Source: Camelus dromedarius (lineage: Eukaryota). Taken from it: DNA of 64,000 nucleotides. Positions 27,957 to 41,091 of this stretch are shown in pieces; positions within the stretch are counted from its first letter, which is position 1, and the number at the start of each line of letters is the position of its first letter. The notes beneath the pieces were generated by a model. It was given only the letters and a program-made list of their open reading frames with translations, had not been told where the DNA came from and searched no databases. Location of the stretch: the NCBI RefSeq assembly GCF_036321535.1, contig NC_087436.1, positions 16,306,001 to 16,370,000 on the forward strand, in the 5' to 3' direction. A program made the translations under genes and the position numbers.

Positions 27957-28170
27957 ATAATAATAGCTAGTATTCATTGAGCACATAGTATGCATCACCA
28001 TTATTGTAAATAATTTTGGTTTAACTCATTTAATCCTTGCAACAATTGTACGAGGTGAGTGCTATTATTGCCCCACTCTGTGGATTAGAAAACTGAGGCA
28101 CAGGGAGGTTATGTCACTTGCCAAAGTCACAGAATTAATCAGTGTTGAGCTGGAGTTCCAAAGCAAGAAA
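27957..28170 (-). mobile_element. MIR SINE
   Basis: ctcatttaatccttgcaacaa...gaaaactgaggcacagggaggttatgtcacttgccaaagtcacag. Confidence 0.88.
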
Positions 28171-28459
28171 TCTGTGTTACTAAGTTCTGTACTATAGTGC
28201 CTGCAATGAAGTTACACTACTGCATATATATGAGTTAAATTTTACTCATACGAATGAGATCAGACCTATTATCAGAATACATCTTATGTCCTATGTGTTG
28301 AGTGAAAATATGCAGTTAGTGTTCAGTGACAAAAAAATACTCTTATCAATTTTCATCAAATAAATTAAAACCTAAAAATTCATATATTGATTTAGAAATT
28401 AATGAAAAGGAAAATTCATGTTATAAAGATGCAGGATGCAGAATTACATGTTTATGGAG

Positions 28460-31400
28460 CATGACATCAGAAAAATGGTGAAATAGGAGTTTTCTACCAT
28501 CTTTCCCTCAAAGAACACTGGTTTTTACAGTCACCAAGGATAGGAGTGCCTTTGTGGAAGTCTGAGAGTCCAGCAGAGAAGTTCCAGCACAGTGTTGGAG
28601 GAAAAAAATCCCAGATTGGATGCATTGAGAGTAAGAGGAAGTTTCCCTTTCCCACGTCCCCCATCCCCTGTCCCCCAAAGAAGCAGCTTAGCTCTTAGGG
28701 AGAAGTGGAGTGTGAGTGAGTGTCCAGCTTCTCCACCTGTGTTGGACACTGCCAAAGAGGCCCACTTCTTCCTCATTCCATCCAGGATACTGAGGTGTGC
28801 TGTGCTATGGGGGGTGGGAACCAAATGAGACAATAACAGAAGGATTCTCAGAGGGTATCAGAAGGACACAGCTCCTACTGACTGCTTCATAAGGAAGCTC
28901 ACCTGTAAGCTGCTGGAAATATTTCTCCTGCACGTGACTTCAGCTGGCCCACAGGCACCCCTAATGCTCCATGCATCTCACCCACATATCCTCCTGCCCT
29001 GTAGCTATCTCCCTGTGCATGCCCCTGAAGGCAGAGTGCACATCTTTGCAGATGGCATGCGAGCACATGCAGAGAGCTGGCTCCACTCTGTGGGAGAAAA
29101 CCCATAAATGTTCAGTATCACTTTAGGGAAAGCAAACAGGAGGCTCTCAGCACATGGCCTGGCTTTGTAGCATAAAGATAAGGCATTCAATATTAAGAAT
29201 TATCACCGAAGAGGGGACAAGAAGTGTGGAGCAGGATCATCCTTAGAAAAAGTATGAGAAAGCTTCAGAATGCCTAGCAGGCCAACAGAGGTATTTCTCT
29301 CCCAAAGCCAATTAGTGAAAACTAAAGGAGGTGACTACTTTAAATGTGAAGACAGCATTGCAAGAGTTTAGGAACATTTAAAATCAAAGAAACATGACAC
29401 CACCAAAGGAACGCAGTCATTTTCCAGTAAGCAATGCCAAAGCATTGTAGATCTGCAATTTGATAAAAATTCAAAATAGTTGCTTTAGGAATCACAGCTA
29501 TAATAAAACACAAAGAAGTCATGAAACAATATATGGACAAAATGAGAAGTTTAACAGAGAGGTACTAATCATTTAAAAAAAGACAAAACAAAAAACCAAA
29601 AATTCTGGAGCTGAAGAATACAATAAATGAAATGAAAAGTGCAATAGAGAGCATCAACAGCAGACTTGATCAAGCAGAAGAAAGAATTTGTGAAGTTGAA
29701 CATACGTCATTTGAAATTATCCAGAATAGAATAAAGAAAAAGAAATGAAAAAGATGAAAGAAATAGACAACAATATATTAATAGTATGAGATTTCATTAT
29801 TCCAGTTTCAACAATTGTATAGATTATCCTGACAGAAAACATTGGACTTGAACTAACATTAGAACAAATGGACCTAACAGATACATACAGAGCATTTAAT
29901 CCACCAGCAGTAAAGCAGACATTCTTCTCACATGCACAAGGAACATTCTCCAGAATAAATCAAATGTTAGGTCACAAAACAAATCTTGACAAATCTAAGA
30001 AGATTAAAACCATACTAGGTTTCTTCCTGATGACAGTGGCATAAAACTAAAAATCATTCATAAGAGGAAACCTGGAATATTCACAAATATGTGGAATTTA
30101 AACAACACACTCCTGAACCAGTGGGTCAAAGAAGAAATCGAAACAGAAATTTTTAAAAAATCCTGAAACAAATGAAAATGAAACACAGTATATCAAAACT
30201 ATGGAGAGCAGCAAATCAGTTTTGAGAGGGATGTTTATAGTGATAAATGTCTACATTAAGAAAAAAGAAGAATCTCAACTAAACAACTTTACACCTCAAA
30301 GAACTAGAAAATGAACAAACTAAACCCCAAGTTAGCAGAGGGATGGAAATTACAAAGATCAGAGCAGAAATAAATGAATTAGAGACCAGAAAGTTAATAG
30401 AAAAGATCCACAAAATTAGAAGCTGTTTTGGTTTTTTTTTTTTTTGAAAATATTAACAAAATTGAAAAACTTTTAGCTGGACTTAACTAAGGAAAAAGAA
30501 GGAAGTTGCAAATAAAATCAGAAATTAATTTGGAGACATTACAACTGATACCACCGAAATGCAAAGTATCATAAGAAACTATTGTAAATAATTAGACATA
30601 TGAGAAATGAAACTGTAAAACTTTTAGATGATTACATCATGGAAAAAGCTCCTTGACATTGCTATTGGCAGTGAGTTTTTGGGTATGACACCAAAAATAA
30701 ACAAATGGTGCTACATCAAACTAAAAAGCTTTTGCACAGCCAAGGAAATAATAACAAAATGAAAAAGTAACCTGTGGAATGGGAGAAAATATTTTCAAAT
30801 CATATATTTGATAAGTGGTTAATATCCATAATATATAAGGGACTTACATAACTTAACTTTTTAAAACCTGATTAAAATATAAGCAAGGGACCTGAATAGA
30901 CATTTTTCCAAAGAAAACATACCAGTGGCCAATATGTACGTGGAAAGGTGTTCAGCATCAACAGTCATCAGGGAAATGCAAATCTAATCCACAGTGTGAT
31001 ATCACTTACACCTGTCAGGGTGGCATTTATCAAAACGACAATGTAAAACAAGTGTTGGCCAGACTGTGGAGAAAAGAGAATCCTGTACACTGTGAATGGG
31101 AATGTAAATTGAAAGAGCCATTATGAAAAGTAATACAAAGTTTCCTCAAAAACTTGAAAAGAGAACTACCATATGATCCAACAATCCCACGTCTCAGTAT
31201 ATATCCTTAGGATACAGAATCAGGATCTCAAAGAGATATGTGTGTTCCCTTGTTTGTTGCAGCTTTATTCACAACAGCCAAGTTGTGGAAATAATCTCAA
31301 GTGTCCAAAACAGATAAATGGATGATATGATACATACACAGTGAAATAGTATTTAGCCGTGAATAAGGGGGAAATCTTGCCATTTGCAGCAACATGGATG

Positions 31401-31893
31401 AACCTAGAGAACATTATGCTTAGTGAAATTAGCTAGCTAGGCAGAGACAGACAAGTACTGTATGATCTCACTTACACGTGAACTCTAAAAAAAAAGTCAG
31501 ACTCACAGAAACAGAGTAGAATGGTGGTTACCAGTGTCGGGGGGCAGAGGAGATGGGGAGATACTACTCAAAGGATAAAAGCATTAGTTGTAAGGTGAAA
31601 AGCTCTGGGAATCTAATGTCCAGCATACAAATGAAAACCTATAGTTAGTTAAAACTATAGTTAATAATACGGTATTGTGTATTTGAAATTTGCTAAAAGA
31701 ATAGACCTTAAGCATTTTTAATATATATGCTCAAAAAAATAGTAAAACTATGTGAGGTGATAGATGTGTTAACGTCATTGTGGTAATCATTTCACAGAGA
31801 ATACATACATGATTTCACAGTGTACACCTTAAATATATATATAGTTTTATTTGTCAGTTGTACTTCAATAAAGCTAGAAAAATTAAAAATAAA
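28460..31893 (+). mobile_element. L1 (L1M/L1MA-type) keeping both ends but with large internal deletions
   Basis: 5' end atgacatcagaaaaatgg; GC-richer UTR to about 29340; ORF1 piece about 29380-29750; ORF2 endonuclease-side piece about 29760-30595; ORF2 C-terminus about 30600-31450; 3' UTR with AATAAA at 31867-31872 and an A-rich tail. All frames are disrupted. Confidence 0.88.
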
Positions 31894-32199
31894 ATTGTTT
31901 ATGTGTATATCTAAGTATATACACATAATATACACATGATATTAAAATTATCAAGGAATACGTGAACTTCTTAATAGTTGATGTTTGGGTGTTTTTGTTT
32001 TTCTCTTTCCTTCTCGAATTTCTATTTTTAGCTCTTATTTTAATAACAAATATAAATACATTATGCTTGGAGTATTATAACATGATATATTGTACATTAG
32101 AAAAAGTTTTGTAGTCTACAGGAAAAGATGTTGAGGGAAATTTTTTTCAATCACTCAAAAGAATCAACTACTAATAGAATACAAAGTTTATTGATTTAT

Positions 32200-32800
32200 T
32201 TACTAAATATAGATTGATTTAAAATGTCCCTTGCTTAGGCACTAACATTTGATGAGCATCATGTGAAATGACTAAGCTTATAGTCTAGAAGATGTATGAA
32301 ATGATTAGGAATAATGAGATTTTCTATATGGCTGTAGCATAGGATTCTTGGGAAAGAATAGCCATGGTTGAGGCTTGAGAAATAGGCTGAGACCACGTTC
32401 ATGAGGAGTTCTTTATATCTTGCTAAAGAGTTGGTATTATAGACAGTGAGGAACCACTAGAAAGAGATGGGACATAATATTATATTTAATTTATTCATCA
32501 GAAAGATGGCAGTGTGGAATTTGGACTAGACTTGGGAAAGAGTGGGTACAGGAAAGTTGGTTAGGAGGCTTAATTAAAGGGAACAAAAGAGATGATGATG
32601 ACCTTAGTTAAAACAGTGGCAGAGGGACAAGAGAAGACATTCTCAATATCTGTGTAATGACCGACATAAGAGGAAGAAGTTGAACATGACCTTGAGATTT
32701 TTAACTAAGGTTACAGGGCGAATTATCTTCCTAATAACTGAAATAAGTATTACAGGAAGAGGACGAAATAGGCTTTTTGAGAAAGAAATTCAATTGTTTT
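32200..32800 (-). mobile_element. Diverged L2 fragments
   Basis: cttgctaaagagttgg...gacagtgaggaaccact...ttaggaggct...agagatgatgatgacctt. Confidence 0.55.
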
Positions 32801-34661
32801 AAACACATTATAGTGGAAATTGTATTTTTAATATATATTTCAAAATACTTTAAGGTAAGAAATTACAAAAAATAATATGATAAAAGATAGTTTTATTAAG
32901 TTATTTTTAAAATCCTATTTTATCTTAAAAGTACAGCAGTAGATATACTAACATATAATTGATTAAGATAGAACATCTTTTCCTGACTCTTCTGGCTTAT
33001 TTTCAGCACACTGCCCTTTCTTATCTCTTATTTGGACTATCTGATAGCTTCCTTCTGGTTCTCCAACCTCTTTTACATTTATGTATGCTATGCTCCTGAT
33101 AAATTTGTCTTTCAAATGGACCATGCTGTCATGTTATTAGCCTGCATTTAAATCATCACTCTGAGTGTATAATGGTGTTTATTCAGGTACCCACTCTGGT
33201 CTCAGGTGGAATTCCTTCTTATAAAATGACTCCCCGCCAATCTTACTATTAAGACCTCTACTTTACATAGAAATTATGACTGTAATATATTATCACAGAA
33301 TTTTCTGTCTCAAACATTCTGTTTTCAAGTATCTCTTTTACTGACTGAAATCTTTTCCCTGTAATTTCTTCCCATTGATCCTCATTCTACCCCCAAGATC
33401 CCAAAAAAGCAAATTTAAATCTCACTTTAGTCCTTCTGATGTATAATAAAATAGCCATCACTGCCAGGTCTTTTTTGTTTCTATGAAATCTGGGTGTAAT
33501 TGTATTTCTTTTATGACTCTCTTTACTCTGTCATGTTTTAGACCTACTGTTATTAACCTTATTTTCCTTCCCTCTTGTTACTTTTAAATGGTGGCTTTGA
33601 CTTTATATGATTTCACAGAATATTCATTGATAGACTTACAACTTGAATTCAAGTAAATTTGAGAAACATGATAATCATGTGTAATGGATTCCATATTAAG
33701 TACTTCAATAGTTTTGTAAAATAATATGATACACACATGAACATGTATGATATATATTTACTAACACTCAGAATATTAGGAGGGTAGTCCTAGGTCTTTA
33801 GTGTTAGCTAACTTGTGACCATGGTTAAGTTACTTAATTTCTCCTGGCAGTAAATAAACAGCAGATATTGAATAAGGGAAGTAGGTTTAAAGCATTATGA
33901 CAGATTTAAAATACGTGTACTTCTGAATGATCACATGGCCACTGAGGCAAGGGAATTGTGATATAAAAGAAGATTAAAACTTCTCTACTGTGGTAACATA
34001 AAATAATGATAGGTAACACTTTTTTGATGTGGAAATGCATTCAGTAGAGAAAATTAATAGGTGAGCCCTATTGCTGAGTTTCTTACAAGGACATCTGAAG
34101 TTATTTATTACTCCTGTGAAAATGTGTTCAGCCTACTCTTTACGTAAAAGTGTCTGCAATTCATGAATTAAATGTTCATAATCTGGCACTGGTTGATAGA
34201 ATCTGCATTTCATTTCCAAAGAAATTAGTGGTTATAGACAACTTGAGATCGATGATGCCATAAAAGATATAAATTATGAAATCAGGGTCTGGAGTTGTAG
34301 AGGTGAAGGAGAAATTTTATTATAATGCATGACTTGCATGTAGAGAAAAGCATTAAAAAATATTTTCAGCACATTTCTTCCATCACTTCTAAAAGTTCAG
34401 TGTTCCATTCAGCAGATTTTTATTGATTCTTATCATGTGCCCAACTCTACACTCAATTTGGGGAAGATAAAAAGATGAGCATGATAAAATCCCTACCCTC
34501 CAGGAATTTACCATTTATTAATGAAAATAATCATTAGAGAATGTGATAAATTGGAGCATAGCTGACAGAGCAACTAACTTCATTCAGGGGTTGAAGATAT
34601 TTAAGAGACATTTGAGCTGGGTATTGAAGGATTCTCTGTGTCATTCCAAGAAATACATTTT

Positions 34662-34772
34662 TCCATTCCTTTTTATTGAAGTATAGTTAGTTTACAATGT
34701 GTCAGTTTCTGGTGTACAGCATAATGTTTCAGTCATACATATACATGCATATATTCATTTTCATATTCATCT
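34662..34772 (-). mobile_element. Short 5'-truncated lineage-specific L1 3' end
   Basis: tttttattgaagtatagttagtttacaatgtgtcagtttctggtgtacagc; TSD aagaaatacatttt (34648-34661) / aagagatacatttt (34773-34786). Confidence 0.8.
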
Positions 34773-36744
34773 AAGAGATACATTTTATGTTTGAGTGCAA
34801 TTGATCTTTTATGGCTTCCATCTGATTGTATTGCCTCTTTAGACTGTATCTATATCCTGTTTTTCTAAATATAACTATTTTTTGCTGCTGGTTTTATGAT
34901 TTATAGCTTTCATACAGACCAAAGAGTAATTGTTTAAATAGGGATGGAAGGTTTCCTTCTTGGGTAAAGTCTGAGCCGGTAGTCAATCCAAGGAATTAGA
35001 AAAAACTCTAATCCATTATGTCACTAGGTTCCTTCTGACTTGTTCCACTGTTGCCTCAGCCTCGTTCTTCTTTCGCAGTCACCTTTCAAATTCACATTCT
35101 ATTCATTTGGAAGGGACAAACGTAAGTAGAGGGCAAGCAGCTTCTTTTTTTTAAAGGATGTGACTAGGAAGTTGGGTACCTCACTTCCACTCACATCCTA
35201 ACTTCTAACTTAGTCACACTGTCACTCTTAGCTGCGTGGGAGTTTGAGAAGTGTAATTTCAAGCTGGGTTTCCTAAAACTGCAAGGAGGATGGGTCTGTT
35301 GTGAAGTGTAAGAATGATAAAATGCATAATTGGAAACAATTAGTTAATATTACAATAGCAAATAGGACATTGATATTATAGAATATGCTAGAAGAAAATT
35401 CCTGGTTTTGACTTGGGAGATTCTAATCTAACAGTTTTTTTTAAGACTTGTTACTATCACATTAGTTGATTAAAACTGTCTTTGTCATCCTTTGTGTTCC
35501 TTTCCTGATTTCACTTCAGAAGAATGAAGGCATTAATAGGTAAAAGAAATGGGCTCCCAGTGGTAGAAAGAAATAAGAAAGTAAGAGAGTGAATTGTGCT
35601 CCTTGAGGAGGGAATATTTGGGTGTTTTCTATCCTGTTGCCTGTGGAACAAGAACTATTTGTGGAAGAGAGGAAAGGTCAAGGGTTCTAGAGTAACTAGA
35701 AAAAAAACTGTATTCACAGTTAGCGGTAAGGTCACTCCTAAAGTGAGGTTGCTCTGGACTTCGGCAGTCATCAGAGATTGGCAGACGTAAGTCACAAGGG
35801 AGGGGAATGTGTTGTGGCAAAAATGATCTAAAGTACGAGAAGCATATTGAAGAGATTGTTTTACCTTTTTCAGTTCTCAGAAAAGATGGCCAAAGTGTAA
35901 GTCCAGGGAGAGCATGTTCTGTGGTTTAAATTTGTGAAGAAAATGGAAGGATTGGGCAAGTTTAGAGAAAGTATATTCTCTGGTATTGTTCTTATCAGGA
36001 AAATAGGCTAACTTTTTTTATGAGTTGCAGAAAAGTCATAACCCCTTACAGAAGGAACCCTCCTTTATTTAATTTGTGTGATAATCAAATTATCTACTAA
36101 ACTATCAAAGTATAAGATGGAATTACCAGTCAGAATGCTTTGTAATGGCACTGAACTTGGTGCATTTCCAAGTGCTTGAAAGTTAGAAGCTCTTATATGA
36201 ATAAATAAACATTAGTTACAGATATGCCATCCATCCTCATCCATTGGCCAAAAAAAAATGATCTACACAAAAATAGAAATCCATATCCTAGTATTCTCAC
36301 GACAGACTGACAGTCGTTGTGGTAGGAACTTGCTGATGAACCCATGCAGTATTGATCCTGCCACTTACAGTGGCTTCAGTAGGATGACTGGTACATGGGA
36401 GTGAGGGTATGAGACACACTCTTGCTTTGTCTCTAAAGTTTGATTCCTCTTTTGATTCAGATTATAAGAAAACAAAATTCTGGACAGGATTATCTTAATC
36501 TCCTACAGAAATACTTCTTAATTTAAATGTTCATAGCGTTAAACTTTACTGCCTCTGTAGAGGTAAGAGACTCTTATTAGGTTGCAAGTGATTCTTTTGT
36601 ATCTTTCATAAAAAGTATAAATTGCAGATATCATTCGTATTCCTTCACGTAACACTAGTCACCTTGAACCATGCATGTTAATAGTTCCTTACATTTCTTT
36701 CTTCATCCAACAGTTAATGTCACATACCTCTCTAGGCTCTAGAA

Positions 36745-36933
36745 CAGTCTTGTCCATTGAAATTTTCTATGATGATAGAACTCTGCACCATTCATCATGA
36801 CTGCCACTAGCCATGTGTAGCTTTTGAGTCCTTGAAATGTCACTAACATTACTGAGAAACTGCATTTTCAATTTTAACTAACTTAAATTTAAATAGCTAC
36901 ACTTGGCCGGTGGCTACCATATTGACAATGCAG
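36745..36933 (+). mobile_element. MER3 hAT-Charlie element
   Basis: cagtcttgtccattgaaattttctatgatgat...ccactagccatgtg...gtggctaccatattgacaatgcag. Confidence 0.8.
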
Positions 36934-37087
36934 CTCTTGTGATACAATGGTTCAAAATGAAGTCCCTACCTTCTTGGAGTTCATACTTCCTCTTGTATGA
37001 TATTCATAAACTAATTTAAGCATTTGATTGCATCCAACCTCACTTAATCCTTTTACCACTTGTTTGGAAACTTGTAATGACACTCCC

Positions 37088-37450
37088 TGCTGTGGACTGT
37101 ATTGTCCTTCCAAAATTCATACCTTGTAACCCTACCCACCTCTGTTGGAGATAAGGCCTTTAAGGAAGTATTGAGGGTTAAAAGGGGTCATAAGTGTGGA
37201 ATCATGATCTAATAGAACTTACGTCTTCATACAAGAGGAAGAGACACCAGAGACCACTCTCTGTCATGGGAGGACGCAGAAGTCTGCAAGTCCTAAAAAT
37301 AATGAAGAGAGTTCTCACCAGACGCTGAACCCTGCCAAAACCTTTATCTTAGATTTTCCATCCCCCAGAGCTCTGAGAAAGTAAATTTCTGTTGTTTGTG
37401 CCTCTAGGTCTGGGGTATTTTGTTGTGGCAGCCTGAGCACACTAAGATAC
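37088..37450 (+). mobile_element. MLT1A-type solo LTR
   Basis: tgctgtggactg...ccaaaattcata...taaatttctgttgttt...ttttgttgtggcagcctgagcacactaagatac. Confidence 0.85.
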
Positions 37451-39937
37451 GCACCCCCCTCCGTCTTCCTAGCCTACTTTAGAGTCATGACTTTCTTTAG
37501 CTTCAGTACTTTCTGTAATCTAGTTGGAATAGCTGTCAAGTCTAATTTTCCAATGGTAATGCTACAAAAATATAGTTGCATTATTACTTCCGCTTTTCAT
37601 ATTAGTGTTATTTTCATATCACTGTTTTCAAATAATTTTTACCCAAATGTTGTCTGTAGTTTAAGGACTATCTTGAATTTTACTTCCCTGAGGAACTTTT
37701 CTCCTGCTCCAGCCCCTCCCACCACTCAAATTCCTTTTCTATAGGAATTTTTACAACTTAATTGAGATTTCTTACTTTTCAACTTGATTTCCTTAAATGT
37801 GTGAAATTCTTCTAGGACTAGGATCTAACTGTTTTCATAACATCAATCTTAAATGGGCTTAATCCTGAAGAAGAAGAGAGAGAACTGACTGACTTTCAGG
37901 CCAAGGGAGTTTTACTGAATCAATTACAAATTGCAGTTTATCAAATATATCAAGCCCAGTAATTTGAAAAAATATTGTGTTTGGTGATCTTATCTTTGGA
38001 TATTATACTGAAATACTGAGCAGGTATTTATTCAAAAGAACTCTGTAATATTTTACCTTACATTCTGAAACTGTAGAAAGGTAATATAGATTGCCTTCTG
38101 ACAGTATTTTGAACATTTTAATGGCAAAAGATTAATGAAAATAATATGAGAGACTATTATTTCAGCAGTTTCTCTAAAGATTTTCATGTTTCTATTCTTT
38201 TCATTTCTCTTGAGTCTCATAGAGTCACTAATACACATATTGATGTGTCCTTTTTAGTTTGTTAAATTATGCTATATGAAAAAAATGTTAGGAAAGCATT
38301 AAGGAAATACAGTGTTAGCAAAGGGTGTTTTAAGTATTTTTTTTCTTCATTTAAAATATTTTGAAATACTATTTAGGTATTTATGAAGAAAGCTGATTTT
38401 GATTATTGGAAAGCTAAACACTGAGAGTATCTTAGTCATGCCTTTTCAGCAGAGCGGTTGTCCTACAGAGTTAAATCAGAATCTAGTACAGTTGGGCAAA
38501 CTGAATTTCAGCCTATTGCTTCCCAGTTGCTGGTTAGTAACCCACCGGCAGCAGAAAGATGACAGTGTTATTTCCAGACAGTTTGTTCCTCTCAGTATCA
38601 AGACAGGACCTAGTCAGCCCTGTCTAAAGCTGCCAGTTTTCCTGTGGCTCCTTTATTCCTTCATCCAGCTGCTACTCACTGCTATTGCCACATTTGCCCT
38701 CCAGCTCGTGGGATAGCCGGCTTAGCTTCCCCTGAGGCTACTGTTAATGCTTCCTTTTTACTCTGCTGGCTGGGAATGCACTTGGCATCCTCTGTCTCAG
38801 ACCTCTCCTCCCTCTTTTTCCGACAGACACCAAGCACTTAAGTGCACTTTCAGCCTCCACCAGTTATCAGTAGTAGCTTTCAACCCCTCATTTCTGGTCT
38901 GGTAACTCAGCACACTGTCCCAAGAGAGCTTGACTAAGCCAATTTGCCCCCTCTTCCCTCCTTCCTACGTCTGTCCATCTTCCTTTTCTCTTTTTCCTCT
39001 TTATCCATTTCCTTGACTGCGCTTTTATTTTCCTTTTACTCTCTTTGTAATCTTTCTGATGATTTTTTTTTTCCTTTTTGCTTTTAGTATGGTAGATGCC
39101 TCAGACTTATGCAAATATTTGAAGCAGAAAAGAAAACAATAGCAACTTCTAAAAAATAAACAAGTTGGCACAGTATTTTGGCTGGATCAGCAAAAAATAA
39201 GGCTTTCAGTTTTTTGTACCTTAGTCTTCTTGCCCACATATGATTATAATGCAGATTCTATATTGTAAGTTTTACAATGGTGGGAATTTTTTGCTTTTAT
39301 ACGCAGATTTGTAAGTTTTGTATTTACACAGGTCTACTTCTTCAAGACAATACATAATGTGGGAAAAGTTAAGAAGTATTTCCAGCAAATGTTTCATAAG
39401 GAAAAGAAAAGCCACTTAGGTGTTCTTTGTTTGTTTTATCTTTTGCCTGAAATTATTTGAATATGCATTTTGAGTTATTTTTCAAACTCACTCCCTTCTG
39501 AATATTCTATGAATGTTAGCTTTCCATTTTTCAAGTAATGATTTGTAAACATCTTTCAGAAATTTATCATCTAAGACTTATAACCCAAAGGTTAGAAAGT
39601 AAAGATAGTACCTGTTAATTTGGGGATTAAGAATAATAACAGTGCTCTGCAGGTCTTATTTATTAATGGCTGACAAAGCCTATAGGACAGTTCCAAGTGT
39701 CTGCAAACCAAAAACATGAAAAATTCATAGTATCACAATAGACCTGAATGAGTCATTTAAAGCCCTTACCCCCTTCTACCCTCACTTTCCCTTATTTTAA
39801 TGCTTTCTTGTGGGGAGAAAGTTTAGGTGAAGTTTGTGTTTTATAAATCTAACCAATTGTATGTTCTTTTTCTGTAACCATGTTTAACCAAGATGTATAT
39901 TGTTTTACTCTTCCTCCACAATTAAGTCTGGATTTTA

Positions 39938-39941
39938 CTTT

Positions 39942-39972
<31 letters not shown>

Positions 39973-40128
39973 TTGAAGTATAGTCAGTTTACAATGTTGT
40001 GTCAATTTACAGTGTGTCAATTTCTGGTGTCCAGCATAAATGCTTCAGTCATACATGAACCTACAGAGATTCATTTTCATGCTTTTTCACCATAAGTTAC
40101 TACAATATATTGAATGTAGATCTCTGTG
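39938..40128 (-). mobile_element. Short 5'-truncated L1 3' end with (TA)n in its tail
   Basis: ttttttaattgaagtatagtcagtttacaatgttgtg; TSD taagtctggatttta (39923-39937) / taagtctgcatttta (40129-40143). Confidence 0.82.
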
Positions 40129-40940
40129 TAAGTCTGCATTTTAAAGGTACAAAATTTCTTTCTCGTTGTAGTCCCCTGAATGTGTTTTTGGTTTTGTTTA
40201 GTTTGTAAGGTTTAATGTTGGCTTTATGTTTAAAGGAAGCATCAACCCAGAGGAAGTTAGTCACCTTTTCTGAACCTTAGCCCACAGTCTCTGCCCTTCT
40301 GTCCATTTGCTGAGAAAGGGGAAAGGTGGATGGAGGCAGGAAAAGAGAGGAGGGTCTGCGTATCACACTCCTAAGTATATGTTCTGAGTTTAAAGATCTT
40401 CAGAAAAGAAGGTTCTGTGTATATCAGTGTTTCACAGCCTTTTAAATAGGTAGGAAAACTGCACTACTGTTCCTTAATGTTTGTAGTGAGGAAACAGTAA
40501 GCAATAGATATCTTCTTAAAATAAATTAAATATTTTTTAAGCTACACATACGATCCCTGCCACATTGTAATGCCACACAAACATCCCCTTTCCACCGCCT
40601 GTAAGGCGGATACTTGGGGATTGACAGTTTGGCATTTAGAAATTATTTTTGATAGCATCTTGCTCTGATTTAAGCACACTTTTAAAAACTCTGCCCTCAG
40701 GAAGCTAGCAGTTGCTACCTCCATTTTGATAAGCTTTTTCAGTGTTACAAGTACCAAGAATACAGCAGTGATGCTCTTGGTCCTTCATATACCTTTTATT
40801 CATATGCATTCATTGCCCTGAGATGCTTCAGTCATTTAAGAGTTATACGATGCCTACATGGCAAACGTCTATAAATTATGTAAGTGCTCGTGACCTTGAA
40901 AAGTTGTTTTTTTTAAGATGCCTATAGAAAATTGACCCCA

Positions 40941-41091
40941 GGGGGGAGGGTATAGCTCAGTGGTAGAGTGCATGCTTAGCATGCACAAGGTCCTGGGTTC
41001 AATTCCCAGTACCTCCACTAAATAAACAAGTAAATAAATAAACCTAATTACCTCCCTCCAAAACAAACAAAAAATGAAAAAAAAGAAAGAA
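40941..41091 (+). mobile_element. Young Vic-1-type tRNA-Ala(AGC)-derived SINE
   Basis: 72-nt tRNA-like head at 40946-41017 with A and B boxes, A-rich tail, and a perfect 15-bp TSD agaaaattgacccca (40926-40940, 41092-41106). Confidence 0.92.

Noticed and set aside
40946..41017. Functional tRNA-Ala gene (also the heads at 7650 and 8605)
   Set aside because: Acceptor-stem mismatch, CpG decay, shared non-tRNA body, A-rich tail and TSDs identify these as SINEs.
7648..41091. Inverted SINE pairing around the exon driving circularisation
   Set aside because: All three Vic-1-type SINEs are in the same orientation.
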